Assembly (NCBI GenBank): GCA_965205265.1
Contig: CBDBGH010000003.1
Location: 4,224,001-4,288,000, forward strand
Direction of reading: 5' to 3'
DNA length: 64,000 bases
Source: Alphaproteobacteria bacterium
Lineage (GTDB): Bacteria > Pseudomonadota > Alphaproteobacteria > Bin95
In this document: piece after piece, positions 55,461-64,000 of the stretch
Numbering within the stretch: position 1 is the stretch's first letter
Layout: every line of letters begins with the position of its first letter
Notes under the pieces: generated by a model
Databases searched by the model: none
What the model was told of the DNA's origin: nothing
Seen by the model: only the letters and a program-made list of their open reading frames with translations
Made by a program: the position numbers and the translations under genes

Positions 55461-57182
55461 TCAGGCGCGGGCGGCGGCGCCCCGGAGCAGCGAGCCGGAA
55501 TGGGCGCCCGTCGGCTCGCCGCCGCGCAGCGTGACCGCGCCGTTCACCACCGTGGCCGCAATGCCGTCCGCCTTCTGCACCAGGCGGCGCGCGCCGCCCG
55601 GCAGGTCGGTCTCGACCGTCGGCAGGCAGGGCTCGATGCCCCCCTCGTCGAAGACCACGATGTCGGCGGCGTGGCCGGTGCGCAGCAGGCCCCGGTCGTG
55701 CATGTCCCAGGCGGCGGCGTTCTCGAAGGTCAGCATCCGCACCGCCTCCTCCAGGGTGAAGGCCTGCTTGTCGCGCACCCAGTAACTCAACAGATGTGTC
55801 TGCAGCGAGGAGCCCATCTCCTGGCAGACATGGGCGCCGGAGTCGGAGAAGGTCGCGAGCGTGCGCGGGTTTTTCAGCATCTCGCGCACTTCCAGCGGCT
55901 TCTCGTTGACCAGCGGCTGGACGAACATCAGGTCCTCGTTTTCCGCCATCAGGTCGAGCATGACCTCGACCGGATTGCGCCCGGAACCCTCGGCCAGGTC
56001 CGCGACGCTCGGGTCGTCCCACTTCACGTCGAACATCGGGAAGAGATTGGCGTAGTCCGGCTTGCGCGGGTCCGTGGTGGCCGCGCCGCCGCCCTGGAAC
56101 TCGGTGCCCCTGGGCTTCATCCCGGCTTCGGCGGCGACCAGCCCGGCGCGCACCTCCGGGTCGCGGAAGCGGGCCTTCTGCTCGGCGACCGGCAGGCTGC
56201 GGATCTCGTTCCAGACCGGCAGCGCATCGAAGGGCAGGTAGGACTTCATCGAGAAGAGCGCATTGATCGACCGGGTGGTGGCTTGCCCGAAAACGCGCCC
56301 GCCCTCGGCCGCAACCCTGTCCATCCACTCGAACTGGTAGGTATAGGGGTTGGGATTGTCGCCCTGGCTCGATGCAAGCGCGCCCAGCATCAACGGGCGG
56401 CGGCTGGAAACGGCGATCCTGCCGAGCTCCTCGTAGCACGCCTTCTGCGCCTCGCCGCCGGAAACGTCCGGCCCGACCTGGAAAATGCCGGCATTGAGCT
56501 CCGCCATGGCGTTCACCAGATGCGCGATCTCCGACCAGGCGGCGATGCGGCTTGCGACCGGCCCGCCGTCCGGGCGGATATGGGTGCTGGCCCGGGACGA
56601 GGAGAAGCCGACCGCGCCCGCCCGCAGCGCCTCCTGCACCAGCTTCGCCATGAGCTTCAGGTCGTCCTCGTCGGCCTCCCGGTCCAGCGCCCGGTCGCCC
56701 ATCGCATACATGCGCAGCGCCGAATGGCCGATATAGGCGGCGTAGTTGATGCTCTTCGGGAACGAATCAACGGCCTCGAGGTATTCCGGGAAGGTCTCCC
56801 AGCGCCAGTCTATCCCGGCGGTCATCGCTTCCTTGGGGATGTCCTCGACCGCCTCCAGGCATTCGGCGTACCATTCCCGCGCCTCCGGCTTGCAGGGCGC
56901 GAGCGCGAAACCGCAATTGCCCATCACCACCGTGGTCACGCCGTGCCAGCAGGAGCAGCTTCCGAGCGGGTCCCAGGCCACCTGGGCGTCCATGTGGGTG
57001 TGGCCGTCGATGAAGCCCGGCGCCACGATCATGCCCTCGGCGTCGATGACGTCCCCGGCGGGGCTGCTTATGCGCCCGATCTCGGCGATCCGCCCCTGCT
57101 TCACGCCGACATCGGCCCGGTAGCGGGGCATCCCCGAGCCATCGACCACCGTGCCGTTCCGGATGAGAAGATCGAAAGACAT
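55461..57182 (-). CDS. N-acyl-D-amino-acid deacylase family amidohydrolase
   Basis: VVDGSG, APGFIDGHTH.D, MGNCG, SDSGAHV, ADIVVFD. Confidence 0.9.
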   Translation of the reverse strand: MSFDLLIRNGTVVDGSGMPRYRADVGVKQGRIAEIGRISSPAGDVIDAEGMIVAPGFIDGHTHMDAQVAWDPLGSCSCWHGVTTVVMGNCGFALAPCKPEAREWYAECLEAVEDIPKEAMTAGIDWRWETFPEYLEAVDSFPKSINYAAYIGHSALRMYAMGDRALDREADEDDLKLMAKLVQEALRAGAVGFSSSRASTHIRPDGGPVASRIAAWSEIAHLVNAMAELNAGIFQVGPDVSGGEAQKACYEELGRIAVSSRRPLMLGALASSQGDNPNPYTYQFEWMDRVAAEGGRVFGQATTRSINALFSMKSYLPFDALPVWNEIRSLPVAEQKARFRDPEVRAGLVAAEAGMKPRGTEFQGGGAATTDPRKPDYANLFPMFDVKWDDPSVADLAEGSGRNPVEVMLDLMAENEDLMFVQPLVNEKPLEVREMLKNPRTLATFSDSGAHVCQEMGSSLQTHLLSYWVRDKQAFTLEEAVRMLTFENAAAWDMHDRGLLRTGHAADIVVFDEGGIEPCLPTVETDLPGGARRLVQKADGIAATVVNGAVTLRGGEPTGAHSGSLLRGAAARA

Positions 57183-57336
57183 GGCGCGCTACCCCGGAGG
57201 CCGTTTCAACTCGGGCGGAACCGTAACAGCCCCGGAATGCTGCGACAATCCGGCCCTGCCGTCCTCCCACTCCGGCCCTCCCCCGCAAGCGGGAGAGAGG
57301 AAAAGGGAGGCAATCTCGCGCCGTATCGTGGGATGT

Positions 57337-57544
57337 CGCAACTGCCCAGGATGTCGGTCCTGGAGCACGATTCCGCGGCGTCGCCTTGCGGCCGGAGGTC
57401 CGCCCCCTCTTGCGTCACCCCGGACGGCGCGCCAGCGCCGAGCCGGGGTCTCCGGGCGAAGGATCGCCCTTATTGCACGAGGTCCCGGATCGGAGTCCGG
57501 GGCGACGCAAAAGGAGCACCGAGCCTGCATCCTGGGCAGTTACG
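57337..57544. mobile_element. MITE-like element with 17-bp TIRs containing a REP-like doublet
   Basis: cgcaactgcccaggatg / catcctgggcagttacg (16/17); flanks ggatgt/gaatgt form a near 6-bp duplication; internal IR ttgcgtcaccccggac/gtccggggcgacgcaa. Confidence 0.65.
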
Positions 57545-58031
57545 GAATGTCATGAAATGTCATGGTCGGGTGCGAAACCGGGGTTTCGGTGCGGCGCGGA
57601 TCGGCGGCAATGGTCTTCAGGGTGGTCGTCGCGGCGCGAAACAGGATGTTCAGCACCTGCTTGCGGTTTTGCAGGACGATGGCGGCGATCGGCTCCGGCA
57701 GGGTGAAGACGATGTGGAAATAGGGGGCTGGCAGCACCGCTGCGGCCAGCGCCTCCATCCAGCGTCGGGCGGCTGCCCCCTGACACTGCGGACAGTGTCG
57801 GTTGCGGCACGACTTGTAGATGACATGCCGTTCACCGCAGGCGTTGCAGAGGAAGACAAGGCAGCCCATGACCGGCGTGCGGCAGTGGATGATGGCGTTG
57901 ATGACCTTGCTGGCGGCGGCCGGGAAGGAGCAGTTCGCCAGAAACGCGGCACCGGCGGCGATGAAGATCGACGCGATGCCGGCCTTTTCCGTACCCATGT
58001 CGATCAGCCGATCGGCGGTCGTATCCGTCAT
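57540..58031 (-). pseudogene. Truncated IS91-family transposase (zinc-binding N-terminal region only)
   Basis: CRT..MG...C..CG....YKSCRNRHCPQCQ, LPAPYFHIVFTLP, TIAADPR, then homology breaks before the HUH/Y2 catalytic region. Confidence 0.85.
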
Positions 58032-58342
58032 GGTCAAACTCCATCGGATGGTCGTTGCCGGACTCGACCAGGCCAAGCCCGGCTTTCCGTCGAGTTCTAC
58101 GCATTCTGCGGGAATAAGGTAACTCTCGTCGTGTCGCCGATCCACCTGGCAACACAATCCGTCGGTCAATTCAACGGCACGCCGACACAACACGCTCTCG
58201 GTGCGCAGCGCCTTCGTTCAACACGGTTTCGCGCATTCCCGCAACGGTTCCCGTCGCCTTACCGACAGTTTTGGAAGCAGCCGGCCGCACCCGATGCAGG
58301 TTTCACCGGGCGGCACCAACTGGCAGGAACCTGTCGATTTCT

Positions 58343-58558
58343 GTAAGCGCCACGCCGTTACCCTTGTTGACGGGTGACGCCCGGGATTGTCGGGGTGAAG
58401 TTCCAGGGCATGAGCTCGTCGATGCGTGACACGGGGTGCATGTCGACGATGCGGCGCAGGGTGTCGGTCAGGTAGACTTGCGGATTGACGCCGTTGAGCT
58501 TGCAGGTGCCGATCAGGCTGGCGCACAGCGCCCAGCGCCATGACCGTCCGACCCGGCA
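58343..58558 (-). mobile_element. IS66-family remnant (transposase C-terminus and terminal repeat)
   Basis: Minus strand AGSDG, a frameshift, then RWALCASLIGTCKLNGVNPQVYLTDTLRRI..HP..RIDELMPW; GTAAGCG terminus at 58343. Confidence 0.85.
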
Positions 58559-61123
58559 TTACTTCTCCGACGGCTCATGGGGTCCCAGGAAGCGCTCCCC
58601 GTCGAAATGGATCAGGTGGCTCGGCGCGTCCGCGCACCAGACCTCGGTCTCCCACGAGATGTCGCCAAGGTGCCGGCCCATGATCGAACGATCCGGGAAG
58701 GCGGTCACGTATACGAGGCCGGCGTCCGCATTGGCGAACAGCGCCGCCAGTTCGTGATGCCGCTTGGCATCGACCGGCCCGTGGCTGGTGACCGCCTCGA
58801 TGAGCAGAAGCCACCGCTTGCCGCTGAAGTACAACACGACATCCGGCATCTTGCCGTGCCGGTCGACCGTCACCCCGAGCGCCGCGAGGCGGTCTTCCTC
58901 GAACAACCCGGTCCTGTCGCCCGTGTCGCCCACGTAGATCACTTCGGCGCCGGGCGCGAAGCGCGGCGCGAACGATTCCAGTATCTCCCTGATGAGGTCG
59001 CTGTGCGCGCCCGGCGACAGGACGATCTCCCGGCCCGGCGCGACGGCGACCGGGACCATCCGCATCTCCCGCTCCCGCGCCCACCGCGCGGCCAGCGTCT
59101 TGCGCGCATCGAGCCAGCGGTCGAGCGCGGACTGCCAGCCATCGGTATCCCAGGCGGCGATGACGCGCACCGCCGCTTCGCTGACCTGGTAACAGGCGTT
59201 CGGGCTGTTCACCGGCCGCCCGGGATCGTCGGGGTTGTAGACCGCGATCCCGGCCTCCACGAACTGGTGCATGGTCTGCCGGCGGAACGTCTCGCGCGTG
59301 TTCGGCGCGTATTCCCGCCCATAGTGTTCGCGCGTGTAGTCCATGATCGGCGTGATGCCCATCAGCGGCCGTCGCAGGTCCTGCCAGGCGCCCGACGGCC
59401 GGAGGTCGAGCAGCGCGAGCAAGGTCAGCGCCGAGCGGTCGTTCCGCTGGCCGCGCGGCATGCCGAGCGCCGTGAGGATCGCCAGCGCGTCCTCGATCTT
59501 CTGCTGCGCTTCGAGCGGGTTCCCGTCTTCCGCCATGTCGGCGACCTCCTGTTCGATCGCTGCGTCGATGTCCCGTTGCGGCGGCGCACCGCCCCCATGC
59601 GCACGACCCAGACGCTCCAGCGTCGCACGATCCGGATACCGCAGCGACCGCAGATCCGCCGCGTTGACCTGGGTGTGGCCGTTGAACTGCCGAAAGTATC
59701 GGTCGACGAGACTGCTGTTCAGATACAACGCAAGACCGCGCGCCAGGTTGCGGTCCATGCCCTCGCGGCCGGCATGAAATACATTGAGGTGGTTCTCGAA
59801 GCCGACCAGTTCACCCGGCAGGTCCGAATCATACACCGACGCCACCACGCGGCGGCGCTCCTCCTTGGCCGTGAACCGCCGCGTCACCACGTAGCTGCCG
59901 CGGTTCGGCCACAGCCATTTCCGGCTGCGTTCCGAGACGCGAATCGCGTTCGGCTTGCGCATCGCCTTCGGCCAGGCGAGCGTTCCGCCCCGGAAATGGG
60001 CGGCATAGAGCAGGGGCGCGGCGCCGACCTGCGGCTCCGCCCGCAGATCGTCCCGGTGGCGGAAGTCCACCACCGGGCCGGTGGAGATCGCTATGCCGAT
60101 CTCCGCAAGGCTCGCCGTGAAATGCGCCATGCGGTCGACGATCCCCTGCTCTATTCCGTTGGCGGCGATCCGCACGAACCGTTCGCGGTCGTCCGGGCGG
60201 ATAACCGACTCCTGAGGCACCCTTCTCCAAGTCAGATCCTCAACTCCCCAGACTCCCGCCGCTAGGTCGATTCCCGACACCCTGCCGCTGCTTGTCGTGA
60301 TCGTCACATCGCCCGGCGCGGTATCCTTCACCGCATGCAGGATGACGTTCTCCTGCAGCACGTCGTCGTCCCGGAAGGCGCGGTCCCGGCGTTCGAACAG
60401 ATGGAGGTGCCGCAGGCTCATCATTGAGAAGAACCGCTCCCGGAACGGCCTGAAATACGGACCGTTGCAGAACGAACGCGGCACGATGGCCACTAGTTCG
60501 CCCCCGCAGCGAAGCCGCAGCGAAGCCAGATAGAGGAATCCGGTGTAGAGATTGGAGGTCTCGACCCCGGCCTCGCGCAGGGCCGCGCGGTGCGCCGAGT
60601 CCGCGTTGATCTTGCGGTAGGGCGGATTGAGGATCGCGTGGGTAAAGCCCGCCTCTTCCCGCCTGGCGGCATCGAACAGACCCGGCCGCACGGCCGGGCC
60701 GCCGGCCATGATGAAGTCCTCTTCCACCGATCGGACCGCTGCCTCGATGCCTGCGCTTCGGCAGTGCGCCTCGACCTGCCAGAGAGTATCGCGCAGGTGG
60801 TTCGAGAGCATCGCGTCGATCTCGTAACAGACGAACGCGACGGAGCGCGGTACCGGCCCCGCGGCGCACAGGCGCTCGGCAAGAGCCGCCGTCAACGCAC
60901 CCACGCCAGCCCCCGGGTCCAGCACCCGCAGGTCGCCGGCCGTTTCGGAAAACAGGCTGGCCATGAAACGGGCAATCGGGGCCGGCGTCATGTACTGCCC
61001 GAGCAGCGCCCGCTTGCGGGAGGGGATCCGGGCCGACGCGTCGATCCGGCAGAGGTCTGCGGTCTCGGCGAGGGCTCCCCCGGTCATGCCCGCCGGGCGG
61101 ATTCCACGTGCGGTCTCAGTCAT
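58559..61123 (-). CDS. Fused type II R-M protein: N6-adenine methyltransferase (M.BsuBI/M.PstI-like) plus BsuBI/PstI-family endonuclease
   Basis: MTase motifs GQYMTP, DPGAGVG, NPPY, FENHLN, FNGHTQVNA. Endonuclease motifs YAPNTRETFRRQTMHQF, HGKMPDVV, IEAVTSHGP, SWETEVW. One uninterrupted 854-codon frame. Confidence 0.9.
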   Translation of the reverse strand: MTETARGIRPAGMTGGALAETADLCRIDASARIPSRKRALLGQYMTPAPIARFMASLFSETAGDLRVLDPGAGVGALTAALAERLCAAGPVPRSVAFVCYEIDAMLSNHLRDTLWQVEAHCRSAGIEAAVRSVEEDFIMAGGPAVRPGLFDAARREEAGFTHAILNPPYRKINADSAHRAALREAGVETSNLYTGFLYLASLRLRCGGELVAIVPRSFCNGPYFRPFRERFFSMMSLRHLHLFERRDRAFRDDDVLQENVILHAVKDTAPGDVTITTSSGRVSGIDLAAGVWGVEDLTWRRVPQESVIRPDDRERFVRIAANGIEQGIVDRMAHFTASLAEIGIAISTGPVVDFRHRDDLRAEPQVGAAPLLYAAHFRGGTLAWPKAMRKPNAIRVSERSRKWLWPNRGSYVVTRRFTAKEERRRVVASVYDSDLPGELVGFENHLNVFHAGREGMDRNLARGLALYLNSSLVDRYFRQFNGHTQVNAADLRSLRYPDRATLERLGRAHGGGAPPQRDIDAAIEQEVADMAEDGNPLEAQQKIEDALAILTALGMPRGQRNDRSALTLLALLDLRPSGAWQDLRRPLMGITPIMDYTREHYGREYAPNTRETFRRQTMHQFVEAGIAVYNPDDPGRPVNSPNACYQVSEAAVRVIAAWDTDGWQSALDRWLDARKTLAARWAREREMRMVPVAVAPGREIVLSPGAHSDLIREILESFAPRFAPGAEVIYVGDTGDRTGLFEEDRLAALGVTVDRHGKMPDVVLYFSGKRWLLLIEAVTSHGPVDAKRHHELAALFANADAGLVYVTAFPDRSIMGRHLGDISWETEVWCADAPSHLIHFDGERFLGPHEPSEK

Positions 61124-62478
61124 TTCCGGACGCCTGTTCCCGGGCGGCGGCCTCCGCCACCGCCCGGCGCTCCTTGCCCGGGCGCTCTCCGTCCGGGCCC
61201 ACCGTTTTCAGTCGCGGCCGTGGCCCCGCCAGCCGCGCCACCTCCTGCGGCAGGTAGCCAAGGTGCTTCCGCCACAGGGCCTCGCCCCAGGCCGGAAGCT
61301 CCGCCCCGCCCAGGCGAATGTCGCCCTGCGCCAACGGCCACAGCCCGGCCAGCGCTTTCGCCAGCGTCGATTTGCCGGCCCCGCTCGGACCGACCACCGC
61401 CACCGCCTCGCCCGGCGCAACATCGAACGTCACGCTCCGAAGCAGAACATCCCGACGGTCCGGCGACAGCACTGCCAGGTCGCGCACCCGAAGATGCGCC
61501 GCCGGGCGCGGCAAGGCCATCGGCAGAATCTTCGGCGGAATCTCCGCCAGCAGCCGCGATACCGCCAGCCATCCCGACCGCGCGACCGTCTGCTCCAGCG
61601 GCTGCAACGCCCGGCCCAGAAGGATCGACGACGACGCGATCATCGCGCCTGCCGTCAGTTCGCCCCCCAGCACCAGCCACGCCCCGAGAGCCAGCATCGC
61701 CGACTGCAGAAGAAGACGGAACGCCTTGCTCGCCGACGCATAGCCGCCGCCCGCGTCCGAGGCCCGCATCGACCGGTCCAGCGCCGCCTCGCGCACCAAC
61801 TTCCAGCGCGCCCGCAGCGGTCCCGTCATGCCAAAGCCGGTCACCGTTTCCATCTCGCGGCGCACATCTTCCGCCCGGATGGCGGCTTCGGCCGACAGGC
61901 GCGCGGTGCCTTCTCGCGGCTTGCGTGTCGCCCACCGGTTGGCCAGGCCAGCGCCACCAGCACCGTGCTGCCCGCAACCGCCAGCAGCGGATGGAAGATG
62001 TGAAGATCACCGCCACGAAGAACGGCGTCCACGGCAGGTCCAGCAGCGCCCCCGGCGCCGGCGAGGCCAGAAACCCGCGCACCGACTCCAGGTTCTGCAA
62101 CGCCTGGCCCGGGTTGCCGCGCCGCGACGGATCCCGCCCGGCGCGGTGGGCGGCGTCGAACACCCGCTCGTCCAGCGCATCCTGGAACCCCGCACCGACC
62201 CGCGACAGGATGCGTCGTCCGCACAGGCTGTCCGGCATCAGCCCGTAGAGATAGACCACGATGGCGAACAACATGACCAGCGTCGCCTCCGAGCGGCTGG
62301 TCAGCACCCGGTCGTAGATCTGCAGCATGAACAGCGGCCCGGCGAGCATCAGCAGGTTCACCGCCGCACTCAACGCGCCGACGACGATCAGCGCACCGCG
62401 ATGCCGGGCCAGAACCGCACGCGGATGCAGATCACCGCCGGAGGAGGCTTCATAAAGCAAGGGTGCGACGGCGCACAA
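61116..62478 (-). pseudogene. Type I secretion ABC transporter (PrtD/AprD-like), frameshifted and 3'-truncated
   Basis: FMLQIYDRVL, DLPWTP, AGAMIAS.SILLGRAL.P, GPSGAGKST and GYLPQ are spread over three frames; no ABC signature or Walker B. Confidence 0.88.
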
Positions 62479-62608
62479 TCCGAAAGGGCGCCGACCCCGC
62501 CCGGCATGCCGGGCGGCGCGTCCCGCCAGCCCCTCCCGGTCGACCGGGAAGCCCCTGCTGCACGGGCTCGCGCTGTGCCGTCATCGCCGGAGCGGGCAAG
62601 CCGTCCGG

Positions 62609-64000
62609 TCAGGCCACGTCGACAAAATCGAAAATTCCGGAGCCCTCGGTCAGTTCCGAATGATCGAAATTCTCCACCGTTACCGAAAAAGTCCCGGCCT
62701 TGTTGGTGATCAGAGCGTTCGCTCCAACCTGAGAGATCACCAGATCGTCGTAGTCCAAGCCCTCGATCCTGATCCGATCCTCGACGCGCTCCTCGCGCGT
62801 CGAGCCGGTCTTGTTGAACTCGAAATCCGTGACGATGTCGAACCCATTTCCGTCGAAAACAAAAAAATCCTTGCCGTCGCCGCCCGTCAGGGTATCGTTG
62901 CCCGTGCCCCCTGCCAACAAGTCGGCGCCATCGCCGCCCTTCAACGTGTCGTCGCCAATGAGGCCATAGATTTTGTCGTTGCCCCCCATGCCGTCCATGA
63001 CATCGTTATCTGCCGTGCCCCGAAAGCTCGAATTCGGGTTATCGGTGTCATTGATCTTGCGGGTTATCGTGCCGAGGCCCGCGAATTGCCCCTTGCCGAT
63101 TTCAAGCGCATCTTTTCCCTTCAGCGTGATCGAACTGTCGCCGTACTCGATCAGGGTGTTCTGGCCAACCTGCGAGATCGTAACGTCGGTGGACGAGTTG
63201 GCATCGCCGTTGCGAAAAACGATGGTCTCTTTGTCGTCCTTCGTGAAGTCGGTGATCACATCCTTGCCGTTGCTGATGCTCGTATCGAAGACAAAATGGT
63301 CGCTGCCGCCCTTGCCGGAAATGATGTCATTGTCTTCGGTGGACTGAAGTTCCCGATCAACCGATTCGGTACCGTCGATCTTGCGGGTTATCGTGCCAAT
63401 GCCCCCGAGATCGGCTCTGGTGATATCCAGCGCAACCACATTCTCCAGCGTGATCGAACTGTCGCCGTATTCGATCAAGGTGTCGAGGCGCGTTCCGCCA
63501 CCGACCTCGACCGCCACCTGAGAGATCGTGACATCGATGGACGCCTCGGAAGCGCCGTTGCGAAAGGTGATCGCATCGTCGCCATTGCTGAAACCGACAA
63601 TCGAATCAGCGCGTTTGCTGATTTCGTTGCCGACCTTGACAAGGAAATTCTCCTTGCTTCCGGTGGCCTGAACGGGCTCGGCGGCCGGAGTCGCCGTGAC
63701 ATCCACACCACGGAACAGGGATCCAACGCCGACGAAATCCGCCTTGCTGACTTCGTCTACACCCACACCCGTCAGGGTGATCGTGCTGAAATTCTTACCA
63801 CTGCCATACTCAATCCGGGTGTCATTGCCGACCTGAAAGACCGTGATATCTATGGGGTTGCTGCCTTTTTTGAAATTGACGAAATGGATCTCCTCGCCAT
63901 TCTCGAAATCCTTGATCGTGTCATTTCCGTTACTGTAATCGGCAATCACGAACTCAAATCTATCGGTGCCGTCGCCGCCCGTAAGCTCATCATGGCCCGC
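62609..64000 (-). CDS. RTX/hemolysin-type calcium-binding repetitive secreted protein (3' part; runs off the window)
   Basis: GGxGxD nonapeptides (GMGGNDK, GGDGADL, GGTGNDT, GGDGKDF); frame stays open to 64000 (AGHDELTGGDGTDRFEF); internal ~100-aa repeats; adjacent to a T1SS remnant. Confidence 0.88.
   Translation of the reverse strand, partial: AGHDELTGGDGTDRFEFVIADYSNGNDTIKDFENGEEIHFVNFKKGSNPIDITVFQVGNDTRIEYGSGKNFSTITLTGVGVDEVSKADFVGVGSLFRGVDVTATPAAEPVQATGSKENFLVKVGNEISKRADSIVGFSNGDDAITFRNGASEASIDVTISQVAVEVGGGTRLDTLIEYGDSSITLENVVALDITRADLGGIGTITRKIDGTESVDRELQSTEDNDIISGKGGSDHFVFDTSISNGKDVITDFTKDDKETIVFRNGDANSSTDVTISQVGQNTLIEYGDSSITLKGKDALEIGKGQFAGLGTITRKINDTDNPNSSFRGTADNDVMDGMGGNDKIYGLIGDDTLKGGDGADLLAGGTGNDTLTGGDGKDFFVFDGNGFDIVTDFEFNKTGSTREERVEDRIRIEGLDYDDLVISQVGANALITNKAGTFSVTVENFDHSELTEGSGIFDFVDVA

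Noticed and set aside
43238-57544. CRISPR array made of the palindromic repeats
   Set aside because: The repeats are dispersed or inverted doublets, not regularly spaced direct repeats, and there are no cas genes.
58559-61123. Avoidance of CTGCAG as evidence for R-M specificity
   Set aside because: CTGCAG occurs repeatedly in the window, including inside the gene (~60353); no depletion can be claimed without counting.
61124-61230. Remnant of a controller (C/HTH) gene upstream of the R-M gene
   Set aside because: Too short and no HTH motif recognisable; cannot be supported.

Overview
GC-rich alphaproteobacterial chromosome segment, Rhodospirillales-like judged by gene content and order. Positions ~1-53,100 are mostly tightly packed core and metabolic genes: mutL (partial), pgi, lspA, ileS, dksA, gcvT-H-PA-PB under a tandem glycine riboswitch, rpmF-plsX-fabH-ihfA, secA, bolA-DnaJ-cobS-cobT, a liv-type ABC transporter, rsmD, higBA, a biotin-carboxylase cluster, metC-sseA-alaX, trxB-phnA, and thiO-S-G-E coupled to two catabolic genes. 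Two solitary AT-richer genes are inserted: a DUF4209/HEPN-motif protein and a small secreted orphan. The last ~11 kb is accessory and partly decayed: an AAA_14/DUF4143 ATPase, IS91 and IS66 remnants, an intact single-ORF fusion of a BsuBI/PstI-type methyltransferase and endonuclease with an internal RBS, a frameshifted T1SS ABC pseudogene and a repetitive RTX protein. Long intergenic regions hold several repeat families: REP-like palindromic doublets (two nested inside MITE-like shells), heptamer arrays, 10-bp phased ATGTCATG repeats and orphan sigma70-like promoters. All calls come from reading motifs by eye; no database searches were run.
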